Shown: positions 16,856 to 25,621 of the stretch, piece after piece
Layout: each line of letters begins with the position of its first letter
Position numbering within the stretch: position 1 is the stretch's first letter
DNA from: Candidatus Micrarchaeota archaeon
GTDB lineage: Archaea > Micrarchaeota > Micrarchaeia > Anstonellales > Anstonellaceae
Length of the DNA: 64,000 nt
Direction: 5' to 3'
NCBI GenBank assembly: GCA_964392435.1
Contig: CAYMOY010000001.1
Span: 7,484-71,483 of the forward strand
Position numbers and translations under genes: made by a program
Notes under the pieces: generated by a model
What the model saw: the letters and a program-made list of their open reading frames with translations, nothing else
Databases searched by the model: none
What the model was told of the DNA's origin: nothing

Positions 16856-18445
16856 ATGGTCGCAAAAAACGCGCTGCTCTTCGCAGCATTGCTTGCAAGC
16901 TCCATGTTGTCTGCCGGTATGGGGAGTTGGTACGGGCAGGTGCTCATCAACGGCACGCTGGCAGCTGACGGCACCCTGGTTTGCGCCTATGTGAACGGTG
17001 TTGAAAATTCCAGGGCTTCAGTTGGCAGTTGCCCAGGCAGCCATTATTGCATGACTGTGATAGGCAACACCGGTGACAACGTAACTTTCAAAGTTTTCTG
17101 CGACAGCAATTATCCAGCAAAAGAAGGGGTGCAGGCATGGTCTGCAAGCCCCCCGACCAACATACTAAACCTCACTGTTGATTATGCCTCGGTTGAGGGC
17201 AACGCTTCGGATATAGTCACAAACGGCACCGGCACCCTCAACATAACGATAAACGGCACCGTCCCGGGCAACACCACCTATTATAACGACGTAGAGACCG
17301 TGACCATCTCTTCCCCAAGCGGAGCCATCCTGTCGTTTGGCTACAATTTCAGCAATTCGTTCCTTAATCTTTCCACCATCAGCATAGCAAACGGAACAAG
17401 CGGCGGCGCCTCCTACATATCGGTCAGCGGGGTGAACAACAGCGGCGGGCAGTTCGGCACCAAGACGCTCGTGGTCTACAACACGAGTCCATCATACAAC
17501 TCCATCTGCGTGAAAGACGCTGAAGGGGTGACATACCTGAACATAACCGCCGCCTGCACCGACGCAAATGAGGTGCAGGTGCCCTGCACCGGCACGGCAA
17601 GCGGAATAACCTGCACGAAGTCAGGGACCACCCTCACCATTTCAGGGCTGGTGCACTCCGCAGCCATGCAATTCAACATAGTCACTCCAACGCCAACTCC
17701 CTCGCCTTCAGGCAGCTCATCAAGCGGAGGCGGCTCGGTCGGCGGAGGAGCGGCTGGGGCAACCTCCACCAAGCTGTCCACCGATTATGTTGTGGACATA
17801 GGCACGGCAAACTGCACAGTCAGCCTGAAGCGCGAGCTTGTTTCAGGCAACGTTTCGGTGCTAACAACCAATGTTGAGAACAAAGGGGGAAGCGAGTGCA
17901 CCATGGCGGACTTTGTCTTTTCAGACACCATACCTGACAGCTTCGCATCGATGAACGAGATAAACTTCACCCCGGCATACACCTCGCGCGAGGGCTGGAA
18001 GGTGGCGTTCACTTTCCCGACATTCGTGGGCGGCGAATCCAAGTCAATAACCTACTCGGTTGGCAAGCGGGTGCCCCCCTCAAGGGTGAATAACTTCACC
18101 ACTGTGGAGATGTCTGCGGAGAAGAAGTTGCCTGCGCCCAAGGTCAATGCCCCAACAACAACGCCCAAGGAAGAGCCTGAAGTTGCGCCTCCGGCGCCAG
18201 GTTCCGACAAGGACATACACGGCTGCATAGGCTCGGCAGGCTATGCCTGGTGCGAGGCAAAGCAAAAGTGCCTGCGCGCCTGGGAGGAGGAGTGCGTTGC
18301 GCCGGCAAAGGCCGCCCCGCAGGAGCAGGCGAAATCTGACAACACCGCGCAGATGGCGCTCATAGCTGCAGTCATTCTTGCGGGCATTGCCATAGTCGGC
18401 GCAGGAGTTTACTTTTTGGCAAAGAGGAAGCACAAAAGCAGCTAA
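16856..18445 (+). CDS. Secreted surface glycoprotein with Pro/Thr/Ser/Gly linker and C-terminal transmembrane anchor
   Basis: Signal peptide MVAKNALLFAALLASSMLSAG; many NxS/T sequons; PTPTPSPSGSSSSGGG linker; C-terminal MALIAAVILAGIAIVGAGVYFLAKRKHKSS. Confidence 0.7.
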   Translation: MVAKNALLFAALLASSMLSAGMGSWYGQVLINGTLAADGTLVCAYVNGVENSRASVGSCPGSHYCMTVIGNTGDNVTFKVFCDSNYPAKEGVQAWSASPPTNILNLTVDYASVEGNASDIVTNGTGTLNITINGTVPGNTTYYNDVETVTISSPSGAILSFGYNFSNSFLNLSTISIANGTSGGASYISVSGVNNSGGQFGTKTLVVYNTSPSYNSICVKDAEGVTYLNITAACTDANEVQVPCTGTASGITCTKSGTTLTISGLVHSAAMQFNIVTPTPTPSPSGSSSSGGGSVGGGAAGATSTKLSTDYVVDIGTANCTVSLKRELVSGNVSVLTTNVENKGGSECTMADFVFSDTIPDSFASMNEINFTPAYTSREGWKVAFTFPTFVGGESKSITYSVGKRVPPSRVNNFTTVEMSAEKKLPAPKVNAPTTTPKEEPEVAPPAPGSDKDIHGCIGSAGYAWCEAKQKCLRAWEEECVAPAKAAPQEQAKSDNTAQMALIAAVILAGIAIVGAGVYFLAKRKHKSS

Positions 18446-18486
18446 GCTCCCTTTTCTCTTTTTATTTTTTTCCTGAAGAATGGCTA

Positions 18487-19599
18487 GTGGTGGATATGCA
18501 AAAAACAATACTGATTTTGGCGCTTGCCTGCCTTATTGCCCCTGCTTGGGCTTCATTCCCCTATGAAAATTTTGTCCCTGACAACATGAGCTACTCAATA
18601 GAGAATTTCACCCACCAGGGAAAGGTCCATCAGGCGCTGCTGGTGCAATCGCAGCTTTACGCCTTTCTTATGCCCCATAATGATTCCACTCTCAAGCCCG
18701 TAGGCGAAATTGGGCTGATAAAAAGCCTTCTTCACAGCTACCATCTCTCCACCGGATACTCCCCGGACACAGTGCAGAACCTGCAGAAGGTGCATGCTGG
18801 GATAGACAACATAAGGAATGCCCGCAAAGAGGGCGAGGCGAAATGCCGGACATTGCTTGGCACAGACCGCCTTCCCTGCGAAAGCTTTGAGACGTGCCTG
18901 CAGGCGTGCTATTCGGTCACCTCGTTCTGCCAGCCAGTCGCCTTGGGGGCTGGCAGGCCATTCATAAACACCGTGTGGGAGTTTGAGAACAACAGCCGCA
19001 TGCTGGATGAGGCGTATGATGCAGAAGCTGCCGCCTACGAGGAGGTCTCAAAGGGAGCAACCTATGAAAACCTGAAGGCATACCTCTCCTCGATAGAGCA
19101 GATAAACAGGCGGGCGACCAAGGCTTCCTCCAGCCAGCTTTACGATTCATACTCATACTGCTTCTCGCCAGACTACTCCATGCCGGCGCTCACCAACCTG
19201 CAGCTTCTGGCGCAAAAGAGCTACTCCAACTTCTCCCGCTTCTTTGAGCTTGATTTTGACTCGCAGGTCATATTGAACCTGACAAATTATGGGCTGAAGA
19301 AAATGGAGTACCTTCGGGCATCCGCCCAGGCAAGCGCTGGCGGGGGGGAACAGAACCAGAGCGTTGGGGGCAGCGAGCTTGCCGAAAAATACCGTTTCCT
19401 CGAAATCACCAGGGGGCTTTTCAAGCTGGGCCCCTACAACCAGTCCTGGGCAAAAAAAGCCGAGCCTGCTCAACCACAGGATGAGGGGCAGCATTTCAAC
19501 ATCCAGACCCTGATGATAGCCTCTCTTGTCTCATTTGGGGCAATCGTGGTGGCAATCCTGGTTTTTTTCAAGATGCGCGATGCCCGGGACAGGCTCTAG
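18487..19599 (+). CDS. Secreted protein with C-terminal TM anchor (surface protein, unknown function)
   Basis: Signal peptide ILILALACLIAPAWA; C-terminal LMIASLVSFGAIVVAILVFF TM; NxS/T sequons. Confidence 0.55.
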   Translation: MVDMQKTILILALACLIAPAWASFPYENFVPDNMSYSIENFTHQGKVHQALLVQSQLYAFLMPHNDSTLKPVGEIGLIKSLLHSYHLSTGYSPDTVQNLQKVHAGIDNIRNARKEGEAKCRTLLGTDRLPCESFETCLQACYSVTSFCQPVALGAGRPFINTVWEFENNSRMLDEAYDAEAAAYEEVSKGATYENLKAYLSSIEQINRRATKASSSQLYDSYSYCFSPDYSMPALTNLQLLAQKSYSNFSRFFELDFDSQVILNLTNYGLKKMEYLRASAQASAGGGEQNQSVGGSELAEKYRFLEITRGLFKLGPYNQSWAKKAEPAQPQDEGQHFNIQTLMIASLVSFGAIVVAILVFFKMRDARDRL

Positions 19600-19672
19600 C
19601 CCCGCCTGCGAACTATTATTAAATTTTTATACTATTATATAGAATGTATAATAGTCATTCAGGGGTGCAATC

Positions 19673-21028
19673 ATGGCTGAAAAGAAAAAAATAACGCCTG
19701 CTAAAGGGAAGCTGGGGGTGCTCACTCCCGGCCTTGGCGCGGTCTCCACCACTTTCATAGCGGGCGTCATGCTTGCGAGGAAAAACGGCATGCTTCCTGC
19801 GGGGAGCCTCACGCAGATGCAGACGATACGCCTTGGGAAGCGCGACGAGAACCGCTCGCCTTTGATTAAGGATTTCGTGCCCCTCGCCTCCCTTTCCGAC
19901 CTGGAATTCGCGGCATGGGACATCTTCCCTGACAACGCCTACGAAGCCGCGAGGAAAGCCGGCGTGCTTTCCGCCGAGCACCTCGATTTGGTGAAAGGCG
20001 AGCTTGAAAAAATCAAGCCCATGAAGGCGGTATTCGACCGCAATTTCATCAAGAACATCAACGGGCCGAACGTGAAAACCGGCGCGAACAAGATGGAGCT
20101 TGCACAACAGGTAAGAGACGACATCCGCCGCTTCAAGAAGGAGAAGAACCTCTCGCGCATGGTCGCGGTCTGGTGCGCAAGCACCGAGACTTATACCGAG
20201 CAGCAGCCCGTGCACGCATCGCTTGTTGCATTCGAAGAGGGGCTTGCCAAAAGCGACCCCGCGATAGCCCCCTCGATGATTTACGCGTACGCCGCTCTGA
20301 TGGAAGGTGTGCCGTATGTGAACGGCTCCCCGCAACTGACACTGGACATTCCCGCGCTTGAGGAGCTTGCAAGAAAGCAGGGTCTTCCGATTGCAGGAAA
20401 GGACTTCAAGACAGGGCAGACCCTGGTAAAAACCACGATTGCGCCCATGTTCAAGACAAGAATGCTTGGCGTCAAGGGCTGGTTTTCCACGAACATACTG
20501 GGCAACCGCGACGGGCTTGTGCTTGACGACGCCGGCTCATTCAAGAGCAAGGAAATGAGCAAGAAGTCATCGCTGGACTTCATATTCCAGCCCGCAATGT
20601 ACCCCGACTTGTACAAGGACATGTACCACAAGGTAAGAATCGAGTACTATCCCCCGAAGGGCGACGACAAGGAGGGCTGGGACAACATAGACATATTCGG
20701 CTGGATGGGCTACCCCATGCAGATAAAAATCAACTTCCTGTGCAAGGACAGCATCCTCGCCGCGCCGATTGTCCTTGACTTGGCGCTGTTCATGGATTTG
20801 GCGCAAAGGGCCGGCATGGTGGGCATGCAGGAGTGGCTGTCGTTTTACTTCAAGGCGCCCATGCACGCGCCGACAGTTTCTCCGGAACACGATATCTCCA
20901 TCCAGCACATGAAGTTGAAAAACACGCTTAGGTACATCATGGGCGAGGATTTGATTACCCATCTGGGCGTGGAATACTACGACTATTGGGGCAAGGGGAA
21001 GCAGGCAGCCGAAGGGAAAGGCACTTAA
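19673..21028 (+). CDS. ino1: myo-Inositol-1-phosphate synthase
   Basis: Motifs VAVWCASTETY (LWTANTERY-like), NGSPQLT (NGSPQNT), STNILGNRDG (SYNHLGNNDG); 451 aa. Confidence 0.85.
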   Translation: MAEKKKITPAKGKLGVLTPGLGAVSTTFIAGVMLARKNGMLPAGSLTQMQTIRLGKRDENRSPLIKDFVPLASLSDLEFAAWDIFPDNAYEAARKAGVLSAEHLDLVKGELEKIKPMKAVFDRNFIKNINGPNVKTGANKMELAQQVRDDIRRFKKEKNLSRMVAVWCASTETYTEQQPVHASLVAFEEGLAKSDPAIAPSMIYAYAALMEGVPYVNGSPQLTLDIPALEELARKQGLPIAGKDFKTGQTLVKTTIAPMFKTRMLGVKGWFSTNILGNRDGLVLDDAGSFKSKEMSKKSSLDFIFQPAMYPDLYKDMYHKVRIEYYPPKGDDKEGWDNIDIFGWMGYPMQIKINFLCKDSILAAPIVLDLALFMDLAQRAGMVGMQEWLSFYFKAPMHAPTVSPEHDISIQHMKLKNTLRYIMGEDLITHLGVEYYDYWGKGKQAAEGKGT

Positions 21029-21061
21029 ACCTGTGTCTGCACAAATTCCTGTGTGATTTAA

Positions 21062-21367
21062 ATGGCAAATATAACACTTTCAATACCCGACGCAATCCGC
21101 GTGCAGATGGACCAGCACTCCGAGATAAAGTGGAGCGAAGTCGCAAAGAGCGCCATCGCGGCAAAGGTAATCGAGCTTCACAAGCTTTCCATCCTCAAAA
21201 AATACATCGACAAAGAACCCATTTCCGAGGCGGACTGGGCGTGGATGGACCAGCACGATTGGCATCCTGTGGACGAACTACCAATGAAAAAATCATTCAT
21301 TGCCAGCCTGAAGGCTTCGCGCAAGGAAAAGTCCAGTCCGACTACCATCGACGCGCTTTTCAAGTGA
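21062..21367 (+). CDS. Putative ribbon-helix-helix antitoxin
   Basis: N-terminal NITLSIPDAIRVQMDQHSEIKWSEVAKSAIAAKV fits beta-strand + two helices of RHH; directly upstream of RelE-like gene. Confidence 0.45.
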   Translation: MANITLSIPDAIRVQMDQHSEIKWSEVAKSAIAAKVIELHKLSILKKYIDKEPISEADWAWMDQHDWHPVDELPMKKSFIASLKASRKEKSSPTTIDALFK

Positions 21368-21371
21368 GCCG

Positions 21372-21632
21372 ATGTATTCCCTTGAAAAAACAGACCACTG
21401 CAAGCTGCAAATACGCAAGCTTACTTCCAAAAACAAGCGGTTGGAAAATGCCCTGCGGAGCAAAATTGATGAAATACTGGAAAACCCCTATCATTTCAAG
21501 CCATTGGGCAACGTTATGGCTGGCATGCGCAGGGTCCACATAATGGGGTGTTTTGTGCTGACTTATGACATTGACGAGCCAAGCGGGAAAGTTATCCTGA
21601 AGCGCTTTTCCCACCACGACGAGGCTTATTGA
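21372..21632 (+). CDS. RelE/ParE-family toxin
   Basis: 86 aa; C-terminal GMRRVHIMGCFVLTYDIDEPSGKVILKRFSHHDEAY matches RelE/YoeB pattern (R..g.yRiiY.id...v.il.i.hR.d.Y); 4-nt overlap with next gene. Confidence 0.6.
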   Translation: MYSLEKTDHCKLQIRKLTSKNKRLENALRSKIDEILENPYHFKPLGNVMAGMRRVHIMGCFVLTYDIDEPSGKVILKRFSHHDEAY

Positions 21633-22237
21633 TGGCACTGAAAAAAATCCCAGTTCTATTATCCATTCAAAAGTCAGCGGGGCGCATCTTTGCCGCGCTC
21701 CCCTTCTCCGCGAACCAGATAACGGTTTCCTCGGTCGTTCTTGCGGCAATCGGCTTTTTCTTTTCCCTCTCGCAGCAGCTCTATCCCTCGCTGTTCTTCT
21801 TCCTGCTTTCCGCGGCGGCTGACGCGCTTGACGGGGCGGTCGCACGCGCAAAGAAGCAGGTGTCCGCCCGCGGGGCGTACATAGACGGCATAACTGACAG
21901 GCTGGTGGAATTCCTCTTCATCCTCTCGCTTCTTGCCTATCCCCTGCCCTCATTCATCATTTCAGCCCCGCTGCTGCTGATAATCATCCTCTTCTTCGGC
22001 TCGGCAATGACTTCCTTTGCAACCGCCTACGCGGAGCACAGGCATGTTGCCGACGCGAAGAAGATAGCCGCCCAGCCCGGCATCCTCCCGCGTGCGGAAC
22101 GCATTATCCTGCTCGCGCTGGCGATGATAACGATTCCCGCCAATCCGGCTTTCGCGTCAGGCGTGCTGTTCGCAACAGCCGCGCTGTGCATGGTGACATT
22201 CGCGCAGAGGTTTTGCTACTTTGCCGCTGATGATTAG
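21629..22237 (+). CDS. CDP-alcohol phosphatidyltransferase (probable archaetidylinositol-phosphate synthase)
   Basis: DGAVARAKKQVSARGAYIDGITD = D-G-x2-A-R-x8-G-x3-D-x3-D motif; multi-TM; adjacent to ino1. Confidence 0.8.
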   Translation: MMALKKIPVLLSIQKSAGRIFAALPFSANQITVSSVVLAAIGFFFSLSQQLYPSLFFFLLSAAADALDGAVARAKKQVSARGAYIDGITDRLVEFLFILSLLAYPLPSFIISAPLLLIIILFFGSAMTSFATAYAEHRHVADAKKIAAQPGILPRAERIILLALAMITIPANPAFASGVLFATAALCMVTFAQRFCYFAADD

Positions 22238-22635
22238 GCGAAGTAATTGAATTCTTCCCTGTTTTTGTCCTTTATCTCCGTGTTATCCTTTACTGGCTTC
22301 ATGAAAAAGGCAGTCAGGAAATTCAAGTCTACCTGGCTTTGGGGGAGCCTATTGCTTCGCGCCTGCTCGCCCACGAGCCGGGCAAGCTCCTTTTCCACTC
22401 TGGCTGCAAAATCGCCAAGCCCGTTATTTCGAAGCGCCCCTAGGAACTCTTTTCTTTCAGACTCCACCTTAAGGTCGTATTGGGTGGTCGTCTCCACCTG
22501 CGTATTTTTGGAAAATACGCTTATTGTTCCAGTCATCTTGCTAACATCCACTCTCACAGTTGTTATGGAATCCGGCGTCTCTTTCCGGACTGATTGGTCC
22601 GTTGTCTTGAGGGCCACCAGCTGCATAAGCATCAT
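22234..22635 (-). CDS. Hypothetical protein
   Basis: 133 aa ORF translationally coupled (ATGA overlap) to upstream minus-strand gene. Confidence 0.35.
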   Translation of the reverse strand: MMLMQLVALKTTDQSVRKETPDSITTVRVDVSKMTGTISVFSKNTQVETTTQYDLKVESERKEFLGALRNNGLGDFAARVEKELARLVGEQARSNRLPQSQVDLNFLTAFFMKPVKDNTEIKDKNREEFNYFA

Positions 22636-23369
22636 AATTTAGCACCATAAGTCGGGTCAACTCTCACGCTAGTCGATCCATCTGGGGAAAAATGCACCAG
22701 ATAGCCCAGTATTGCCGGGTCCCGCATGTCCGCGCCACCTTCTGCGGGCGTGAATTTCGGGTTTTGCAGGTCTGGAAAGTTGCTATCGGAGTCCTTATTC
22801 ACGTACAATTTGCCCCCCTTCCCGGTAATAATCATGGAAGAAGTCGGCGTAGTTGCGAAGATTGCTCCGTTTGGGGCAATAAAAATCTGCTCCGGGCCAA
22901 TGAAGATCCGGCTTGAGTCATCAGCGTATATGAATGACACCCTGGCTGTTCTGTTCTTGGCATCCGGGGCAACCCTCATTATCCCATCTGTGAAAACAAG
23001 ATAAGCGCTCTTTCCTATGCCCTCGACTTGGGCGTAAATCACCAGCCTGATGCCGCTGAGGGTCAGCTTCGCAAGCCAGCTGTCTTTCAATTGCCTGGCA
23101 AAATCAACCTCTAAGTCGTAGTGCTGCCCCTCGAACTCAAAGCCTTTTAGGCGCAACACCCCGTCTTTCAGGCTGTCAATGTCGAAATATTTCTTCCCGC
23201 GGACCTCAAAGCCTGTTTGCTGCCAGACCAACCCGCTCGGGTCGCGATCCCTTGTCTGCGCCAGGGTGCCGCTTTGATTTTGCGCAATCGAGAATACCGC
23301 GGCCATTATGGTCGCAGCGTAAATAGGATGCCTCAACGCGAACCTGCCCGCCCTCAGGGCCTCCTTCAT
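22632..23369 (-). CDS. Hypothetical secreted protein
   Basis: Signal peptide from internal Met MKEALRAGRFALRHPIYAATIMAAVFSIAQN; ORF track extends to 23696. Confidence 0.45.
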   Translation of the reverse strand: MKEALRAGRFALRHPIYAATIMAAVFSIAQNQSGTLAQTRDRDPSGLVWQQTGFEVRGKKYFDIDSLKDGVLRLKGFEFEGQHYDLEVDFARQLKDSWLAKLTLSGIRLVIYAQVEGIGKSAYLVFTDGIMRVAPDAKNRTARVSFIYADDSSRIFIGPEQIFIAPNGAIFATTPTSSMIITGKGGKLYVNKDSDSNFPDLQNPKFTPAEGGADMRDPAILGYLVHFSPDGSTSVRVDPTYGAKL

Positions 23370-23515
23370 TCTCCTTCTGAAAACAGAATCAGAGCGCAAT
23401 TTTTCTGACCTATCGGCAGCTTGGGTTTGGATTTTTTTTCTCAGGGCTGGCATTTGCATTGCCTTTGGTCGCATGTTTGTCTGCTGCAAGCGAATATTTA
23501 ACCCTTTCTGCAAAT

Positions 23516-24127
23516 TTACTGCGTGTCTTTTGCCAAGTCGAACTCGCGAAGGATCTTTTTCACGCCTTGCTCGATGAAAAGAACAAGCTTGCTCTCCTTG
23601 CCGTTCACATCCGTGACGGTTATTATCGCCCACTTGTCCTTGCCCTTGCCGTAAGAAACTGCATTCCCTGAGACTATCTCCGCCGCGCTTTCCCACAAAT
23701 CGTCAATCTGGTCGCGGCTTCCCCTGCCTTCCCTGCTGGCAACAACGCCGTGCTTCATTATCAGTATCGGGATGCCCCCGCTGTTGTACATCAGCAAAAC
23801 ATCGCTGTTCTGGGCCTCTTCCTCCCCGGTTCTTCCCGCCGCCTTACTCAGGACAGAAGGGGATATGACCATGGTGGTGTTGTAGACCTTTCCGTATTCA
23901 TTGGCGAAATTGTTCACGCTCAGCCAGCCGCCGCTTTTCAGCTCCCCAATTATCCTTACCGGGCCGTCTGGCTGTTTGGTCTCCTGCATCAGCAGGCTGT
24001 TTTCATTGATGGGCTTGTCAAAGAATTTGCCGAAGGCCCCCTGCGGGATTTTCGCATCCAGCTTGGCAGCTCCAGTCGCAAGCATCCCAACTGCAAGAAA
24101 AACGGCTGTACTTTTTCTCATCTCCAC
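23516..24127 (-). CDS. Hypothetical secreted protein
   Basis: Signal peptide MEMRKSTAVFLAVGMLATGAAKLDA. Confidence 0.5.
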   Translation of the reverse strand: MEMRKSTAVFLAVGMLATGAAKLDAKIPQGAFGKFFDKPINENSLLMQETKQPDGPVRIIGELKSGGWLSVNNFANEYGKVYNTTMVISPSVLSKAAGRTGEEEAQNSDVLLMYNSGGIPILIMKHGVVASREGRGSRDQIDDLWESAAEIVSGNAVSYGKGKDKWAIITVTDVNGKESKLVLFIEQGVKKILREFDLAKDTQ

Positions 24128-24248
24128 ACCCCCGTTAAACTGGGAAAATATGGGCGGCGTGGTATTTATTGGTTTGCCAAAAATGGCAAAAAGCGTATAA
24201 GCTATTCAGCCCGCCCTTCTCAACAAAGCCTGCCTGTGAAAACCAAGC

Positions 24249-25082
24249 TCACCCTGCGCGGCGCAGCAGCGCCTGCCTTCCCTTGCGCGTGAGCCGGTAA
24301 TAGACGAATTTCCGCCCTGGCGTGGCAAGCCTTTCGACAAATCCGGCGGAAAGAAGCGCTTCCAAATGCTCCACCACAGTTGCCTTGCTCTTTCCAAGCC
24401 GGGCTGACAGGTCGGTGGGAATCTTGTCCGCAGCTGACAGCTCCTCCATTATGCCCGCGCGGGTCCGGTTCTCAAGAAGCCGCTCCTCCTGAGGGTCAAG
24501 CTGCACCTGGGCCTGCCTTTGCTGCAAGACAAGATATGAGGCAACAATCACAAGCACGAATGCGCCCACCAGCTGGGCAACCTGCTCAAGTGAAATCTTC
24601 GATGGTGGAACGGCAGCCCTGGCGGCTGCATCCGAGTATTGTTCGCCTTCCCCCCCAAGACCGATGTCCTGCGCAGCCATTTTCTGCGCAGCAGCCTCTG
24701 GCGAACCGTTTTTTGTGGCCATCATGCACTCCAGCGTCTGGTCGCAATCCAGCCAATTGCCATTTGCGCAATAATAATTCCGGTAGGAAAGCGCGTAAAG
24801 CGCGGTGCTGTTGCAGCCAGTCTGAAGCGCCCTGTTTTCCGCCAGCCACTCTAGCTCCAAAACAAGAGCCTGCTGGCTTGCCTCCTGCCCGCTCACTGAT
24901 ACATACGCGGGCTGGGGAAAGGCATTTGCAAAGACGGCATAGTTCCCGAAATGCCCCTCAAAAGTGGCGTTTTGCCCAGAAAGGGCAAATGCCGACTCTG
25001 GAGAAAAGTAAGCCCTGTACTCTGCTGCGGCTGACAGCGAAAGCAGGAGCGCGAGGCTTGCTGCCAATAGCGGAATTCTCAT
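24249..25082 (-). CDS. Membrane-anchored transcriptional regulator: signal peptide + extracellular domain + TM helix + cytoplasmic winged-helix (ArsR/MarR-like) domain
   Basis: MRIPLLAASLALLLSLSAAAEY; TM QLVGAFVLVIVASYLVL; C-terminal IMEELSAADKIPTDLSARLGKSKATVVEHLEALLSAGFVERLATPGRKFVYYRLT; TATA TTTATATT ~28 bp upstream of ATG 25082. Confidence 0.55.
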   Translation of the reverse strand: MRIPLLAASLALLLSLSAAAEYRAYFSPESAFALSGQNATFEGHFGNYAVFANAFPQPAYVSVSGQEASQQALVLELEWLAENRALQTGCNSTALYALSYRNYYCANGNWLDCDQTLECMMATKNGSPEAAAQKMAAQDIGLGGEGEQYSDAAARAAVPPSKISLEQVAQLVGAFVLVIVASYLVLQQRQAQVQLDPQEERLLENRTRAGIMEELSAADKIPTDLSARLGKSKATVVEHLEALLSAGFVERLATPGRKFVYYRLTRKGRQALLRRAG

Positions 25083-25117
25083 GCAATTCTTCCCCCTGCC
25101 CGTGAATATAAATCGTT

Positions 25118-25200
25118 CGGTTTTTATTCGGCGCACCGAATAAAAATCTGATGCATTTTCGTTGCAACGAAAATGGCACATCGGTTTTTATTCGGCGCAC
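25118..25200 (+). promoter_or_regulatory. Palindrome cluster: IR TTTTTATTCGG-N4-CCGAATAAAAA (25121-25146), perfect 18-bp palindrome TTTTCGTTGCAACGAAAA (25156-25173), second copy of CGGTTTTTATTCGGCGCAC (25182-25200)
   Basis: Located between histone 3' end and the start of the membrane-anchored regulator gene. Confidence 0.45.
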
Positions 25201-25364
25201 TGAACAATAAGCGATGCGTTCTGCAGCGCAAAACCGCGCCCCTTTTTGCCCCGCAAAAAAGACGCCTTCCACACCTCTGTGATGGTGGCAAAGGGGGAAA
25301 AGACGATTTGCAGCTATGACTCTGATTCCGTAAAACAGGCCAGGCGCCAGGGGCCTGAATGGGG

Positions 25365-25562
25365 CTAGGGCTTTGCCAGCTTGATGTCTGCTGCGGTTAC
25401 TGTCTTTCTGCCCGCGTGCTTGGCGAATCTTATTGCCCTTGAGGAAATCTCCAGCCCCGCCCTCTCCAATATCTCGGCCAGCTCTTCTGCGGCATCGTCG
25501 CTGACCCGGTCAGCGCCAGCCTCGCGTATTATCTTTTCAACAGGGGCTTTCGGAAGTATCAT
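25365..25562 (-). CDS. Archaeal histone (HMf-like histone fold)
   Basis: 65 aa: [61 protein letters not shown]. Confidence 0.85.
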   Translation of the reverse strand: MILPKAPVEKIIREAGADRVSDDAAEELAEILERAGLEISSRAIRFAKHAGRKTVTAADIKLAKP

Positions 25563-25621
25563 CTTTCCACCGGCAATCTTGTGCAGTCATGTAATTAAAT
25601 GCTATCTTCGTTTTCTGGCGC

